A stretch of DNA of 64,000 nucleotides, from assembly GCA_030704615.1 (NCBI GenBank), contig CM060732.1:35402001-35466000 (forward strand), given 5' to 3'. The number at the start of each line of letters is the position of its first letter. Position 1 is the stretch's first letter. The notes beneath the pieces were generated by a model that did not search any database, had not been told where the DNA came from, and worked only from the letters and a program-made list of their open reading frames with translations. Both the position numbers and the translations under genes were made by a program. Source of the stretch: Takakia lepidozioides. Its lineage: Eukaryota > Plantae > Bryophyta. This document shows positions 49,686-61,685 of the stretch, one piece after another.

Positions 49686-52680
49686 ATGCCGGCGATGGCA
49701 CAGCTTGCTGTGCCTCTGCCGACTAAAGTGGGTGAGCTTGGGAACCCCCTCGATCTGTCGTCAGCTATTGCACACGAGCTCCAAAAGTCAAATGAACAGC
49801 AGGCGTTGTCAGCATGGAAACAGCAGCTAGCGGCCACAAATACTTACTCGACTAGGGCGCCTGCGCTCCCCATGTCCATGAATGCATTTCCTCCTCAGCC
49901 GAGCATGCCTGGAAGAATGCTGTACCAAATTCCACGCTTCGACGACTCAATGGTGGATGTTACTGACAGTATGGATTCTGATTCGTTTTCTCGAGGAAAT
50001 GGGTATTCTCTTACCTCCGTTCCGATGTCGAGCTCTGAAGATCCTAGAAGGAGGACGCACCGGCCACTGATGAACCCTGTCTATTCTGACGAAGCACAGA
50101 GAGTGGAAACTCTAGCTGCATCTTTCTCCCCATGGCTGGAGCGCATGATCCAAGAAGAAGAGGCGGGTCCAACTCATGGTACGGCTCAACAGGCGGGCAC
50201 TTCAGCGAGTTGTGCGATGAGTAGAGCTGGTGAACTCTCTACTCCTACCAGTGGCTATGAGCCTGGGAGTGATAGATTTCGAAGGCCGGCACCTGAAAAG
50301 CACAATTATGAGATAGAGGATGCTGACAGGTACACTGACGACGACATGGAGCCTGTTTTAATCGATGAGAAGAGAAAGAAGAGGTGCGTCCAGAATCCCG
50401 TGGTATATTTGTGTACCGCACCTACAAGCAAGCTACTGACAATCTGGGCAGTTGGGTGGTATTTGATTTCCCTGGTGCTGAAGGAACCAAGAAGTCTCCA
50501 TGACTGACTAACAGTAGGTGAGGCCTGGATGCCAGGAGTGTTTTCAATTGGATTATTGGAGCCTGGTTGTCATTGCATGATATCCCTCCGCACAGACTCT
50601 GTGTACCCCCCCTTATAGGGAGTGCCCGTTGATGGTAAGAAACCATTTTGTTGGTTATCCTTGGGGCAAGAATCTGACCCTTCGTTCAATTTCCTACCGA
50701 GTTCTTCCCCGACCCTTACTGTAGGCGCTGATTAACCCACGGAACTTAGGGGGACGTTAGGACAGTCTCTAGTATGAGGTGTAGTATGAGGTGCCCATGT
50801 GGTGAGTTTGTCCCTCAATAACTCACATCCTCCTCAGACCGAGGGTGGAATATATAGAAGATACAACTATTGAGGCGTGTAGGCACTAACAATTGATTGT
50901 CGAAAGAGCTGCACTGAATAGATGTCTTTGGGTTGGATTGGACAACCACAAGCAGTATGTCTGACACTTGTATATTTGCGACATTGTATAGGATGCTCTC
51001 CAATCGCGCGTCAGCACAGCGATCAAGGCAAAAACGACAGGAGCGTTTAGACCAGTTGGAAGTTTTGGTAGCCACTCTTTCTCATACCCTTGTGTGGTTT
51101 GTTGCTGGTATAGGAATAGAGCAGTAGTGGATTAGGCCATCAGAAACCGTTGGCATTAAGAACTCACATCTTTACCACTATTCTACTTGCTTCAGCCTAG
51201 AAGGAGAGAACCGATCTGGACTCCCTTATGACTGCTTCACCATTTGTTCCATTTGAGAACCTCTTGAAACCAGATTATGGTATTGGCAGCTGCACATAGT
51301 CTTTGAGTGTAGGTCAAATAGAGCTCTGGTGGGCAATGTTGAGAAAGATCAGTCCTCTGCTGTTCTCCTCAAAAGGTATTTTTGCTACCGCTGGCAGACA
51401 TTCCAACGTTTGGCTCCCCTCTTTGCAGCCTTCCAAGTCATGTTACTGGGTGTGAGCCACTCTACCTTCATGCTCCATTTCTTGCAATAGGCACGAGACT
51501 TGCCTCCGTGTTTTGTTTGGCCAGAAGTCGCTGGTCATGGAAACGAGTTGGTCTACCATGAACCTAGCATGAACCTAGTGTCTACCATGAACCTACCATG
51601 AACCTAGTGTTGTCCTGTTGCTCAGACTGCTCAATTGCGAGTGGAAAATTCAACACTGCTCCGCAAGGCAAATCTTGCCAGTCAAGTGGCAAAGAAATTT
51701 GAAGACGAGAACAAGCAACTACTAAAGGAAGTGGAGGAGTTGACTAAGGAGCTGAAGGAAGGGAAGTCACAGCCACTCACAGTGAATGTACCTGCCGAAG
51801 AGTGTACAAGCAGCCGCCATACTACCTGTGCTAGCTCCAGTGAAATGGTATGTGCCATGGTACAACTTTACCCTGTAAAACATACGTGGGAATTAATTCA
51901 CCGATTTTTTTGTGTACAACTCATGTACTGTTAAGAACAGGCTAATCTCAATCAGGTAATCCTACTGGTTTGTGTTGGTCGCATATTAATTACACGGTAC
52001 AGTGATAGCTAAACATATCAAACTGGCGGGGTTGAAGCTAGCTCTAGGCGGCCTGCTCCAGGTGTTTGCTGGCTAACAATGAAAGGGCGTCTTGATGTTG
52101 GTCATGACCATAGACTGTCAAATACCCTTGCCCTTGCCGGAATGATGTACTCATGGTTTGGGGTGTCCAGGTTGGAGGGGGGTCTCCACCAGAATCTCCA
52201 AGCATCAAGGGTGCACACCAAAGCAAGAGCTCTTCCCGGTGCACTGGTAGTGCAAGTTACCCTGAAGTGAAGACTACTGCAGATGTGCACAATGTATGTA
52301 AGTGCACTGGCAACTCCAAAGCGTATGAGAAAGCAGCACGCCATTATGGTCGAGTACCTGGAAGTTACAGCACTGATTGTAGAGAAGAGAAAAAGAGACC
52401 CTCGGGCATACTGACTCGATCAATCAGCTTACCTGCTAGTTACCAAGTGGGTGTGCCGAGTGTGCAGGGGAGTTCTTCTCAGCCACAAGTCTACACTAAT
52501 CTGATGACAGATCCTGTCACCAGCGGGCTGCTGAGTCAACAAGGGACAGAACTCACATACTTTTTCCAGGAAACTTGTGAGTCTCTTGAGACAGGCCTTC
52601 ATTCCAGTGTAAAGGAAAAAGAACTAGACTCTATTGAGGAGAAGTGGCTGGAAAGTTTTGCAGAATATTTAAATCCTTGA
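49686..52680 (+). CDS. bZIP transcription factor (group C/S-like), 4 coding exons: 49686-50383, 50992-51067, 51626-51847, 52171-52680
   Basis: GT-AG introns with compatible phases give DEKRKKRMLSNRASAQRSRQKRQERLDQLEVLTAQLRVENSTL (N-x7-R basic region plus leucine heptads). The start codon and the exon-4 acceptor are inferred. Confidence 0.88.
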
Positions 52681-54538
52681 AACTTGGTTGGCCTTTGGTG
52701 ATTGTTTCTAAAGTATCTCCGGATGTGTAGCTGGTGTAACGCCTGATGTACATCTCATGCAGCCTGGATCTTTCCTGGGGAGATGATGTGCAATATCAAG
52801 TAGAAAGTGTAATTACGATAAACACTAGGGTTTGCAAGCACAGTTGTACTCATTGCTGGAGAATTTTTTTTGCTGTTCTCCCTGGTAGCAACATTCAAAT
52901 CAGAATATCATCTATTGGTTACCCCTCTGCTTCCCTGTGGCTTGGGCTGTGCTACTCATCTTTGATTGGAACCAGACGGGTATAAACCACTTTGTGTGGA
53001 TGATGAGTTGCTTGTCAATTTCCTTTGAATTGTTGGGGTAATATCCTGTCTGAGATTTTGCAGCTGTGACTATACCAGTGTTGGACTGGTAATAGGTGGC
53101 TGGTTATCAACCAGAGTACCGACCAGGCTGGTATCTGGACCCACTGGTATCTGCAATACCTAGGCTGGTATTGGTAAAGGCAACAACTCGGCATCATTAT
53201 CAAGTAGATAGGCAGAGGTGGGGAGTTGCGCCTCTGTGTAACCTAAGTAATCTAGGGTTGAGGTAGCCTATACTATATGCACACACAAATGCATGCATAT
53301 ATGTAGGAATGTATGCGTGCATACAAATTTTAGATATGCATAGGAACAATTTTTATATGCACACCACGGAAATAAGGGTACCCAACAAACAAAAAGTTTG
53401 TGATTCATCTAATCTTAGAGTCCATAGCAAAAAGATGGAATAATAATATTTTATATGAAATATTTATTTTATATTCATTATATTATTATTTCACATGGGT
53501 GAGTGTAGGATTTTGTGGCTTTCCGGCATAGAAAAATGGGCGAGTTCAGAATAGAGCAATGCTCAAGGAATGCTAGGAAGCTTGACAATATGATGGAGTT
53601 GGTCCGCCTACACATTTTGGTAGTACATGGCCCGCAAGGAAATTTAATTTTACAAAAAAAACTATTGATTGGGAATTGAACCCACAATCTCATAACTTAA
53701 AAAATATGTTCTTTACCAAACCGCCACCCATTTAATCTTGCTACAAAGGTTTTGCAGTATTATTATATCTTTCTTATGAAACATTTTTATTGTACCAAAA
53801 CATAATGTCCACCAAAGATGGAACCAGCAACCTATCGGGTATCAAGCCTAGTTCATACCACTATACTACCCATTCAGACTTGAAACACTAATGAAACTAG
53901 GGCTTCGCGTTGCTCCGCACTACTAGCGACGAATTCTGAGAACTATGTTCAATTTTTCACAAAAAAAAAAGGGGTGGGTCATCCCCACGGTGTTACATGC
54001 AAAGATCCCGTGTTTTTTTTTTTTTCTGGAAGAAAAATGGCGGATCTGCATTTCAACATTCAATTTTCACAAGCCACATCAATCAATAACAACATACCCA
54101 AATACCCTTACATTCACTATATGAACTTTCAAGCATCCACCATGGGATTGGATCTTGGTGGGTTAAGGCTAGCTTTTGACAATATTCATGCAAGTTCATC
54201 AAGGGCTCCATCCAAAGCCACACCACGAGAAACAAACAAACATGTCCAAATTTAAGATGTTGAACAAACTTGTGCACAAAGCTGCCCCTCTCATCAAGCT
54301 CATTAAAATTCGTATTCACTTCCATCTTCAAGCTTTGGAGAAGCTCCACCACCCAAACCCAGAATTAGGACAGCACCAGAATCAGTAAAAAATCACCCCT
54401 TCAGTCAAGTGCAATTGTGGGCTGACTTCCCACCTATGCCGGGTAGACCCCACTATCATGAAATGGTGGATGGTCTGAGTAGCTACACAGATCAATGAAT
54501 GAAGCAAGACACTAGCATCTTTCCAAGAAAACATCATT

Positions 54539-56036
54539 TCACCAGTAATCACCACAAGAACAAATCCCATCTTCAAAGTGGTGGAAAGTAGTTAGCGTCC
54601 CATACAACAATTGCTCGGCCAACAATCTTTTAGATGAATTTGGTGGAGGTGTGGCAGTCTCCACACACTCGAAGATTCTTGATGAGTCGTGTTGATCAGC
54701 CCAAAACCAATGGCCAACTTCTCACTGTGGTGGCAAACAGAAAATTCCTTTCCTCCACATCATGCAGTAAAAAACGTGTGTCAGGCACATACCCCGCCTC
54801 CATCTTCTCCCCAGACAATCTTCTCAGCTCAGCATGGATTTCCTTAATTCTGGGATGCAACTTGTGATCTGGTTCCTTTCTAACCCCTCTGACCTTCATC
54901 ATTCTTCTCACCTTTGCAGTATCATCCCACCTGCCAGCTGCAGCATAGATATTTGATATAGCACCACATAAGTCGCGGCATCATGTTCATCCCACTTGAG
55001 GATAGATGTTGCCACACATTCAGCCATCTCCACATTGCCATAGATTCTGCAGGCACCAAGCACGGCCTTCCACACCACAACATCTGGATTGATTGGCATT
55101 TTATTAATCAGGTCCACTGCCTCATCCAGTTGTCCCGCACGTCCAGAAGGTCCACTATGCAGCCAAAGTGCTTTACTGTCAGATTGAATTGATACCATGA
55201 TCTTGAATCAGGAATCGAAGTAGCGTCTACCTTCATTTAGAAGGCCAGTGTGGCTACATGCAGAGAGAATACATACTGCTTCAAGCTGTTCTTTTGCATT
55301 CCTTCAAATAGTTGCAGGACCTCCCTATGACAACCATGCTGTGCATATCCTGCGATCATTGCATTCCACGACACCACATCTCATTCAGCCATATTGTCGA
55401 ACACTCCCTTTGCATCCTCCATGCACCCACATTTGGCATACATGTCCACCAGGGCAGTGTTCAGGATGACATCTGGTACAAATCCAGCTTTGACGATGTC
55501 ACCATGGACCTCTTCCCCATTTTCCAGGGTTCCTAGGCTTGCACACGCATTGCAAACGCAAACAAATGTGTTGCGGTTGGGCTTCACCCCTTCGCACATC
55601 AATTGCTCATAAGTCTCCAAAGCCTCCATCCCGCATCCTTGCTGTGCATATCCTGCAATCATCGCACTCCACGACACCACATCTCATTCAGCCATACTGT
55701 CGAACACTCCCTTTGCATCCTCGATGCACTCACATTTGACATACATGTCTAGCAGGGCAGTGTTCAGGATGACATCTAGTACAAATCCAGCTTTGACGAT
55801 GTCACATGCATGGACCTCATTGCATCTTTCCAAAGCTGCCAGGCTTGCACACGCATTGCAAATGCACACAAACGTTATGCGGTTGGGCTTCACCCCTTCG
55901 CACATCAATTGCTCATAGGTCTCCAACGCCTCCATCCCGCCCCCTTGCTATGCATATTCTGCAATCAGCGCCCTCCACGACACCACATCTCCTTCAGCCA
56001 TACTGTCGAAAACTCCCTTTGCATCCTCGAGCATGA
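54539..56036 (-). pseudogene. PLS-class PPR protein with E/DYW domains (organellar C-to-U editing factor), disrupted and 5'-truncated
   Basis: [14 protein letters not shown] and ALVDMYAKCG repeats (~303-bp PLS triplets), VVWKAVLGACRIYGN, AGYVPDT, HSEKLA, KNLRVCGDCH and terminal CSCGDYW*. Multiple stops and frameshifts. Confidence 0.92.
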
Positions 56037-56146
56037 TTTGCATATAGAACCGCAAGAACAGTCACGGGCTGCACCAGTGTTACGAACGGAGTATGGAACA
56101 CTTGTTGCTAGGCCCAGCATATACGACCAGGGTGGGCAAAACAAAC

Positions 56147-56450
56147 GTGACACAGCCTATCACAGCCCGCCAAGGCGCAACACAGCCTATCACAGCCCAT
56201 CACGACGTGACACAGCCTACCACAGCCCATCACGACGTGACACAGCCTATCACAGCCCATCACGACGTGACACAGCCTACCACAGCCCTTCACGACGTGA
56301 CACAGCCTATCACAGCCCATCACGACGCAACACAGCCTATAACAACATACCACAGCGTGTCACAGCCTATCACAGCTTACCACAGTGCATCACAGCCTAT
56401 CACAACGTAACACAGTATGACACAGCCTGTCACAGCTCAACACAGCCTAC
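56147..56450 (+). repeat. 30-bp tandem repeat (cacagcctatcacagcccatcacgacgtga)
   Basis: About 10 units, directly visible. Confidence 0.9.
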
Positions 56451-56922
56451 TAAAATTACACGATCCATAGAATCAGTGACAAGTGGACACATAAAAACTT
56501 CAGGAAAATGGATGACGGAAGAGGAAACGGAAATTACTTTAAAAATAGACACGTGGAGGTCAGGGTGCGACACCCAGCGGAGAATAAAGTGCAAGGACAG
56601 GTGTCAAAAAGAAAGAGGAAAAGAACGGCCGTCAAATGGGATGAAAGGCGGGCCCATTAATGAATACGGAAAAAGGGAAAAAGAACGAACGGCATCTACA
56701 GAAAAGCTGAATTCATGTCGCATGTGTGATCCTAGTGGACTATCCAACAGGGAAAGTCCACTAAAGAAGATAAAAGTTAAAATCCAGTCACAGCAGATAC
56801 AGCCAATAGAAAACCAGAGAAATGATCAAGAAAAAGGAAGAAAATTGGGCGCAAGAGGCGGCGTCGTTCTGAGTAACGGGCGTCTCGACAGGACAGGCCA
56901 TAAATGCTATAACTTGGAAACT

Positions 56923-59900
56923 ATGGAGGAACTAACAGACTATACGCTCGCAATATTACTTACGCAGTGGCATAGACACGAAACGACAGAGCAGAGCTTT
57001 TCTCTTGAGCAATGCTTGCAAGCCCCGCAGGTTTACAAGAGATTACCCATAGCTTTCTGCGGCAACCATACGTTTATGCTTTGTGCACTACAGGCATTCC
57101 TGCAGTTGTTACAGCCAAAGCAGTTCTGTGAATCTAAGATGAAGAGAGTGAGAGGAATGGAGGAAATCAGGGTGAAGAGCACCACAATTCTGCAGAAACA
57201 AACGATGGCTACCCCACAGGCGATAAAGATACTGGAGGAGCTGAGATTGGAAGGATTGCAAAGCCTAGATTGGACACTACACCATAGACAGTACATGTTA
57301 CAATTTTTGCAGAACTTTGAGCCAAGGACAGGAACAACAACGGTGAAGGGAGTTGAATTAATGCTTACTCCCCTATACCTCCAGCAATTGTTTCGATTGC
57401 CAGCAGGTCAGGTGCATGTGGGGGAACACAGGGCAAGACTGCAAATAGGGGACTTATTCCAAGAAGGGAGTTTCTTTAAAACTCAGGGTTATGCTTGTAC
57501 CAAAGCTGTGTACCCAGGGTTAAAAGAGATAGGCCAGGTATTGAACGTTCTGTTTGCCCTGAAACAGAACCAACAATATTTGAGCAGATCCTTCACGGAG
57601 GAAATACTCAAAGGCCTGAAGGGACAAGAGGTACAATAGGCGGACATAATGTACAACGCACTAGTAGAGGAGATGAAAAGATTACAAGGTACTACCGCAA
57701 AGTCTCCTATCATAGTGTCTGGCCCAATCATTGCTCAAATAATCCTTAATTCTGGCATACTTAATGCACAAGAAAGGAAGGAAATGGGAGTGTTTGAGCC
57801 AGAAACAACTGCAATGGAAGAGCAAGGCTCTTCACACAGTGAGGGTGGACTAGCAGCACAACCCGAGACTAAGAGGCAGAGAAGGGGAAAGACTGTAGTG
57901 GCGGATCCACTGGCTTCACGGATTCCGCATGATAATGTTTCCCAAGCTCATGACCAGGAAGGGGCACAGCAGCACAAAAGAATGTTATTACTAGAAGCAG
58001 GACCTTCAGAGAGGGAGGAGGAAGTTACTTCTGCATCACAGCCAACACAGCCACTTGAACGACTTGTCACAAGGTCACAAGTTATCCATGCAACTCAACC
58101 CGAAATAATTGATTTGGAAAGTGAAGGGATAGAGATTCCAACTACAGAGCAGATAGTGGCAGAAATAGAGAAAGGGGACCTTCTCTATGAATATTCTGGT
58201 CTGGTCAAGGAGACAGAAATCCCAGAGGTGCAACAGTTGCCCAAGGGAAATCCTGAGGTGCATATAATGCACACACCTGTGTTGGAGGTACCACAGGCAG
58301 AAGGTCATGACACTGTAACACCAGTCATAGATGAAGTAGTTCAGGAAGAAAATCCGGTGGGACAATGGCCTGAATGGTTAGTGAGACATCATACTGTTGA
58401 AGATCGGGAGGAACAGCAGCAACCTCACCATGATGACCCTCAACAGGCAATGCTGATGAGTTCCATAGGCAGGACACTTAATTTGTTGGGGACTTATGTC
58501 AAATCCCATGTTCCAATTACCCAATTGACAGCCTTGAAAGAGGAACTCAGGAAGGAGTTTGAGGCTCGACTTGCCACTGAGTGTGCAAACAAGGTCGATG
58601 AAGAGGTCACTCTCAAGATGAAGCAGGACTTGGGCAATACAGAAATAGCTTTGCAGTTGGCCAAGCAACAATTGATTGAGGCAAACCTCGCGCAAGACCA
58701 GTTGCACGAAGCACATAAGCAACAGCTATATCAAATGCAGGTGCGGCATGAAAGCAAGTTGCAAGAACTGAATGCACTACATACGGAGTTGCAGACAGTG
58801 CATAACAGAATGGCGATACAATGTGCTACATTTACAACTATGCTTGACCAATCAACAAAAGAAATAAACAGTCAAGCGGAAAAATGTACGAAGGCAGAAG
58901 AAGAGAATGTTGAGCAAATGAAGCTCATTGTCGATATGAAGAATACAATCTGTCGCCATGAAGATACTTTCAAGCAATACAGGCAGAGGGAAGCTGATCA
59001 AGAGAAACACATCGTGGAGTTGCAACAAACCATCATGGCCAATAGAAATGAAATCGCGGTCAGTAACAAGGCTTCGAAGGAAGCCAATAATCTACTTGCT
59101 GCCTATGCGCAATTGGTTGAGCCACAGGCGAAGCGCATGGAGGCTTTACAACAGCAGTTGGAATTGTACAAGCTAAGAGAAGAGCAAACTCTCAGAGGAA
59201 CCACAAACAGCTTGGTGGATAACAGCCTTATGCAGGTCTGGTTAGCACAAGGGCCAGTAGAGGGCAAAAGCCCACGGAAGCTCACCCAAAGCGAGATGAA
59301 TGAGCTCAGACTGCAGGTGCAGAACATTGCCACAACTACTATAGACAATGTCTATAGTAGGATAGCAGAGTTACAGGAGGATGTAGACGGACTCCAGACT
59401 CAAGTGGAAGACCTCACTTCAAACATCGACCAAAGAGTCTATATCCCTCAAGAACAGCTAATGGCTTCTTATTTGCAAGCCAGAACTCTGGCTTTTCAGT
59501 CTTCACAGGAGGTGCAGGAGATGCCAATGATACAGGAGCCAGTACCACCACCACCACAACAGGTCACTGTACCAATAGCTGAACCTGTGGTTACTACAAC
59601 AACACCACAGCCACCACAGCCGGAGGTATGGGGCAATGCCGCTTTTAACCCACCTAAAACTCCAGCTGCAAGGGAGTACAGCAGGGCTATGCTTATGCCC
59701 TTCAACCAATTCCCATCATGTTGGATTTGGCTTGGAAAGAATTTAGTCCTCCGCAGTCATTCGCACATTACTACCAAATCATGCGTATTTGGCTGCCAGT
59801 GGCAACTAGGACTAAAGTTCTTCCAAACAATCGACATATTGAAGATCATCACTTTGCACAATACTGGCACGAGGCAGGTACCATGTTGAGGGAATTGGTT

Positions 59901-60688
59901 GCTTTCCAGGTTGTACATGGACTCATTTATACCAAGACCAAGGAGATAGCAAGTATTGTCATGGGGTGCGGGCTATACTACGCTGCTTGTTTTCTGGTAC
60001 GTTACCACATTGAGCAACAAAAGATGCAAACACGCTTTCAAAGTTACTCCAGTGGAGATCATTGGGTATTACCTTCGGTGCCACCTCATATGTACCTATA
60101 TGACCCAAAAGTTATGATGCAGAAGGATTCTCAAATTCGTTCATGGTTTCAAGCAGCCTGCAACCATTGTCAACACAGAAATTCGGACTTGATGACATTT
60201 TCTATAAGGGACATGTGGCATGGAAGTACTTGCACGCTGCACCAGTAATTGGTACCCCACTCATCTGGACAGACAAGGAGCTCAGTGCCTACACCAATTT
60301 TGCTGTTCAGCGGTTACACCAAGTTGTAAAATACAAACTTCCAGACATGGTAGGACAGCATTGTATGCCCCAGATGATTCCACAAAAAGTTCGAAAATTA
60401 AAACACCTGAGAGGCGATGAGGATTCTGATACAACTGTTTCTTCACACAATTCTTTTGACATGGGAGAAGACTATGCAATTCAGATGGAAGAGAAGAAAC
60501 AAAGGGGATCTCCTATGCCGGAAAGATTACCTCGATATCAGCCTCCAGAAGGCCTCACTTATCCAGGTAGCGATCAACCATCTCCATCAACCAGAGACAG
60601 ACCTCGGGCTCGTACACACAGCCCACCACGAAACTCTCAACGTCAACAAGGTGCTCACTCACAAAGGTTTGCTACTCGGAAACAGTAA
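56923..60688 (+). pseudogene. Large (~1200 aa) retroelement accessory ORF: Transposase_32/PMD-like N-terminal region, acidic linker, long coiled coil, aromatic C-terminal domain
   Basis: The in-frame TAG at 57637 (probably TGG) links the 55810 and 57649 ORFs. Frameshifts at ~59710 and ~60160. QFLQNF...VKGVELMLT..L..LFRLP motif and a Q/E/L-rich heptad stretch. A second copy lies on the minus strand. Confidence 0.65.
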
Positions 60689-61685
60689 ACCGTGAGGACA
60701 CGGCTTTTTGAGGGGGGAAGGGGTAATGTTAGAGGACTGTAGGGGACTTAGACACTTATACGGGATCTGTAGGGTACCCTTAATTTTGCACAGACTGAGA
60801 CCAACAGGAGCCTTAGGGGTGACAGCAGCGCACTGTAGAGGGGGGTTACACAGTCGTCACAGCCGACACAGCCCACACAGCCAACACAGTCCGTCACAGT
60901 CGTCACAGCAGACACAGCCCACACAGCCCGTCACAGTCGTCACAGCAGACACAGCCCACACAGCCAGTCACAGCCCGGACAGCCACACAGCCAGTCACAG
61001 CCCGACACAGCCAAACACAGCCAGTCACCGCTTGACACAGCTGTCACGATAATAGGGAACGAAGAGTAGGACAGGGAACGACTGTGGGGAACAACACCTG
61101 TGAAGGGAACATGTTAGTTCACAGACGACGGTTAGAGAGGGAAACGGTTAGAACCGCGGATAGGAGGATAAAGGGAGAAACGGGGAATGAAAGAGGATCA
61201 TTATTCGGGAGAGGACTTGGGAGTCAGGCAGGAGCGGAGATCGGAGGCAAGAGATAGAGAGCACAAGAAGGAGAAAAGAGGATTAGTAGATGCTTGTTAT
61301 ATGCAAAGCTGTAGTGATATTGGAGAGCAGATTAGAGACATAATGGCTTCAGCCTGATACCTGATAAATCATAATCTGATACTTATACGATACAATCACA
61401 CTGTGTAGAGAGATCTGAGAGAAGCTGTGGATTGAATGGTTGAGTGAAGGAAACCGATAGATTGATGAAGCAAACTGATACTTAATTATCAATGCCAAAG
61501 GTAGCTAAGATGAATGCGAAAAGGGAAACGCATAGGAAACACCCCCATGATACACTAGCTGTAGGTCATGACTGATTGTTCTGCGCGGGCTGAGTACTTA
61601 GAGATTTCCAACTCTTCTATCTTGGAGTTTCCGCCTCGGATAGCGAAGGGATGGGTGAGTAAAAGCCGCGCGACAGTTACCTTAC

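Larger units (their letters stand above)
56078..61494 (+). mobile_element. LTR-retroelement segment: TG-initiated repeat-rich left end, large extra ORF, PPT and 3' LTR (60727-61494); no gag/pol visible
   Basis: Starts tgttac at 56078. Chromovirus-type 3' signature ccgtgaggacacggctttttgaggggggaagggggtaa|TG at 60690-60728. The LTR matches 61686-62492 inverted. Confidence 0.75.

Noticed and set aside
55810-56922. N-terminal half of the 609-aa ORF
   Set aside because: It reads antisense PPR sequence, crosses the insertion junction and runs through a 30-bp tandem repeat, so it is unlikely to be coding.
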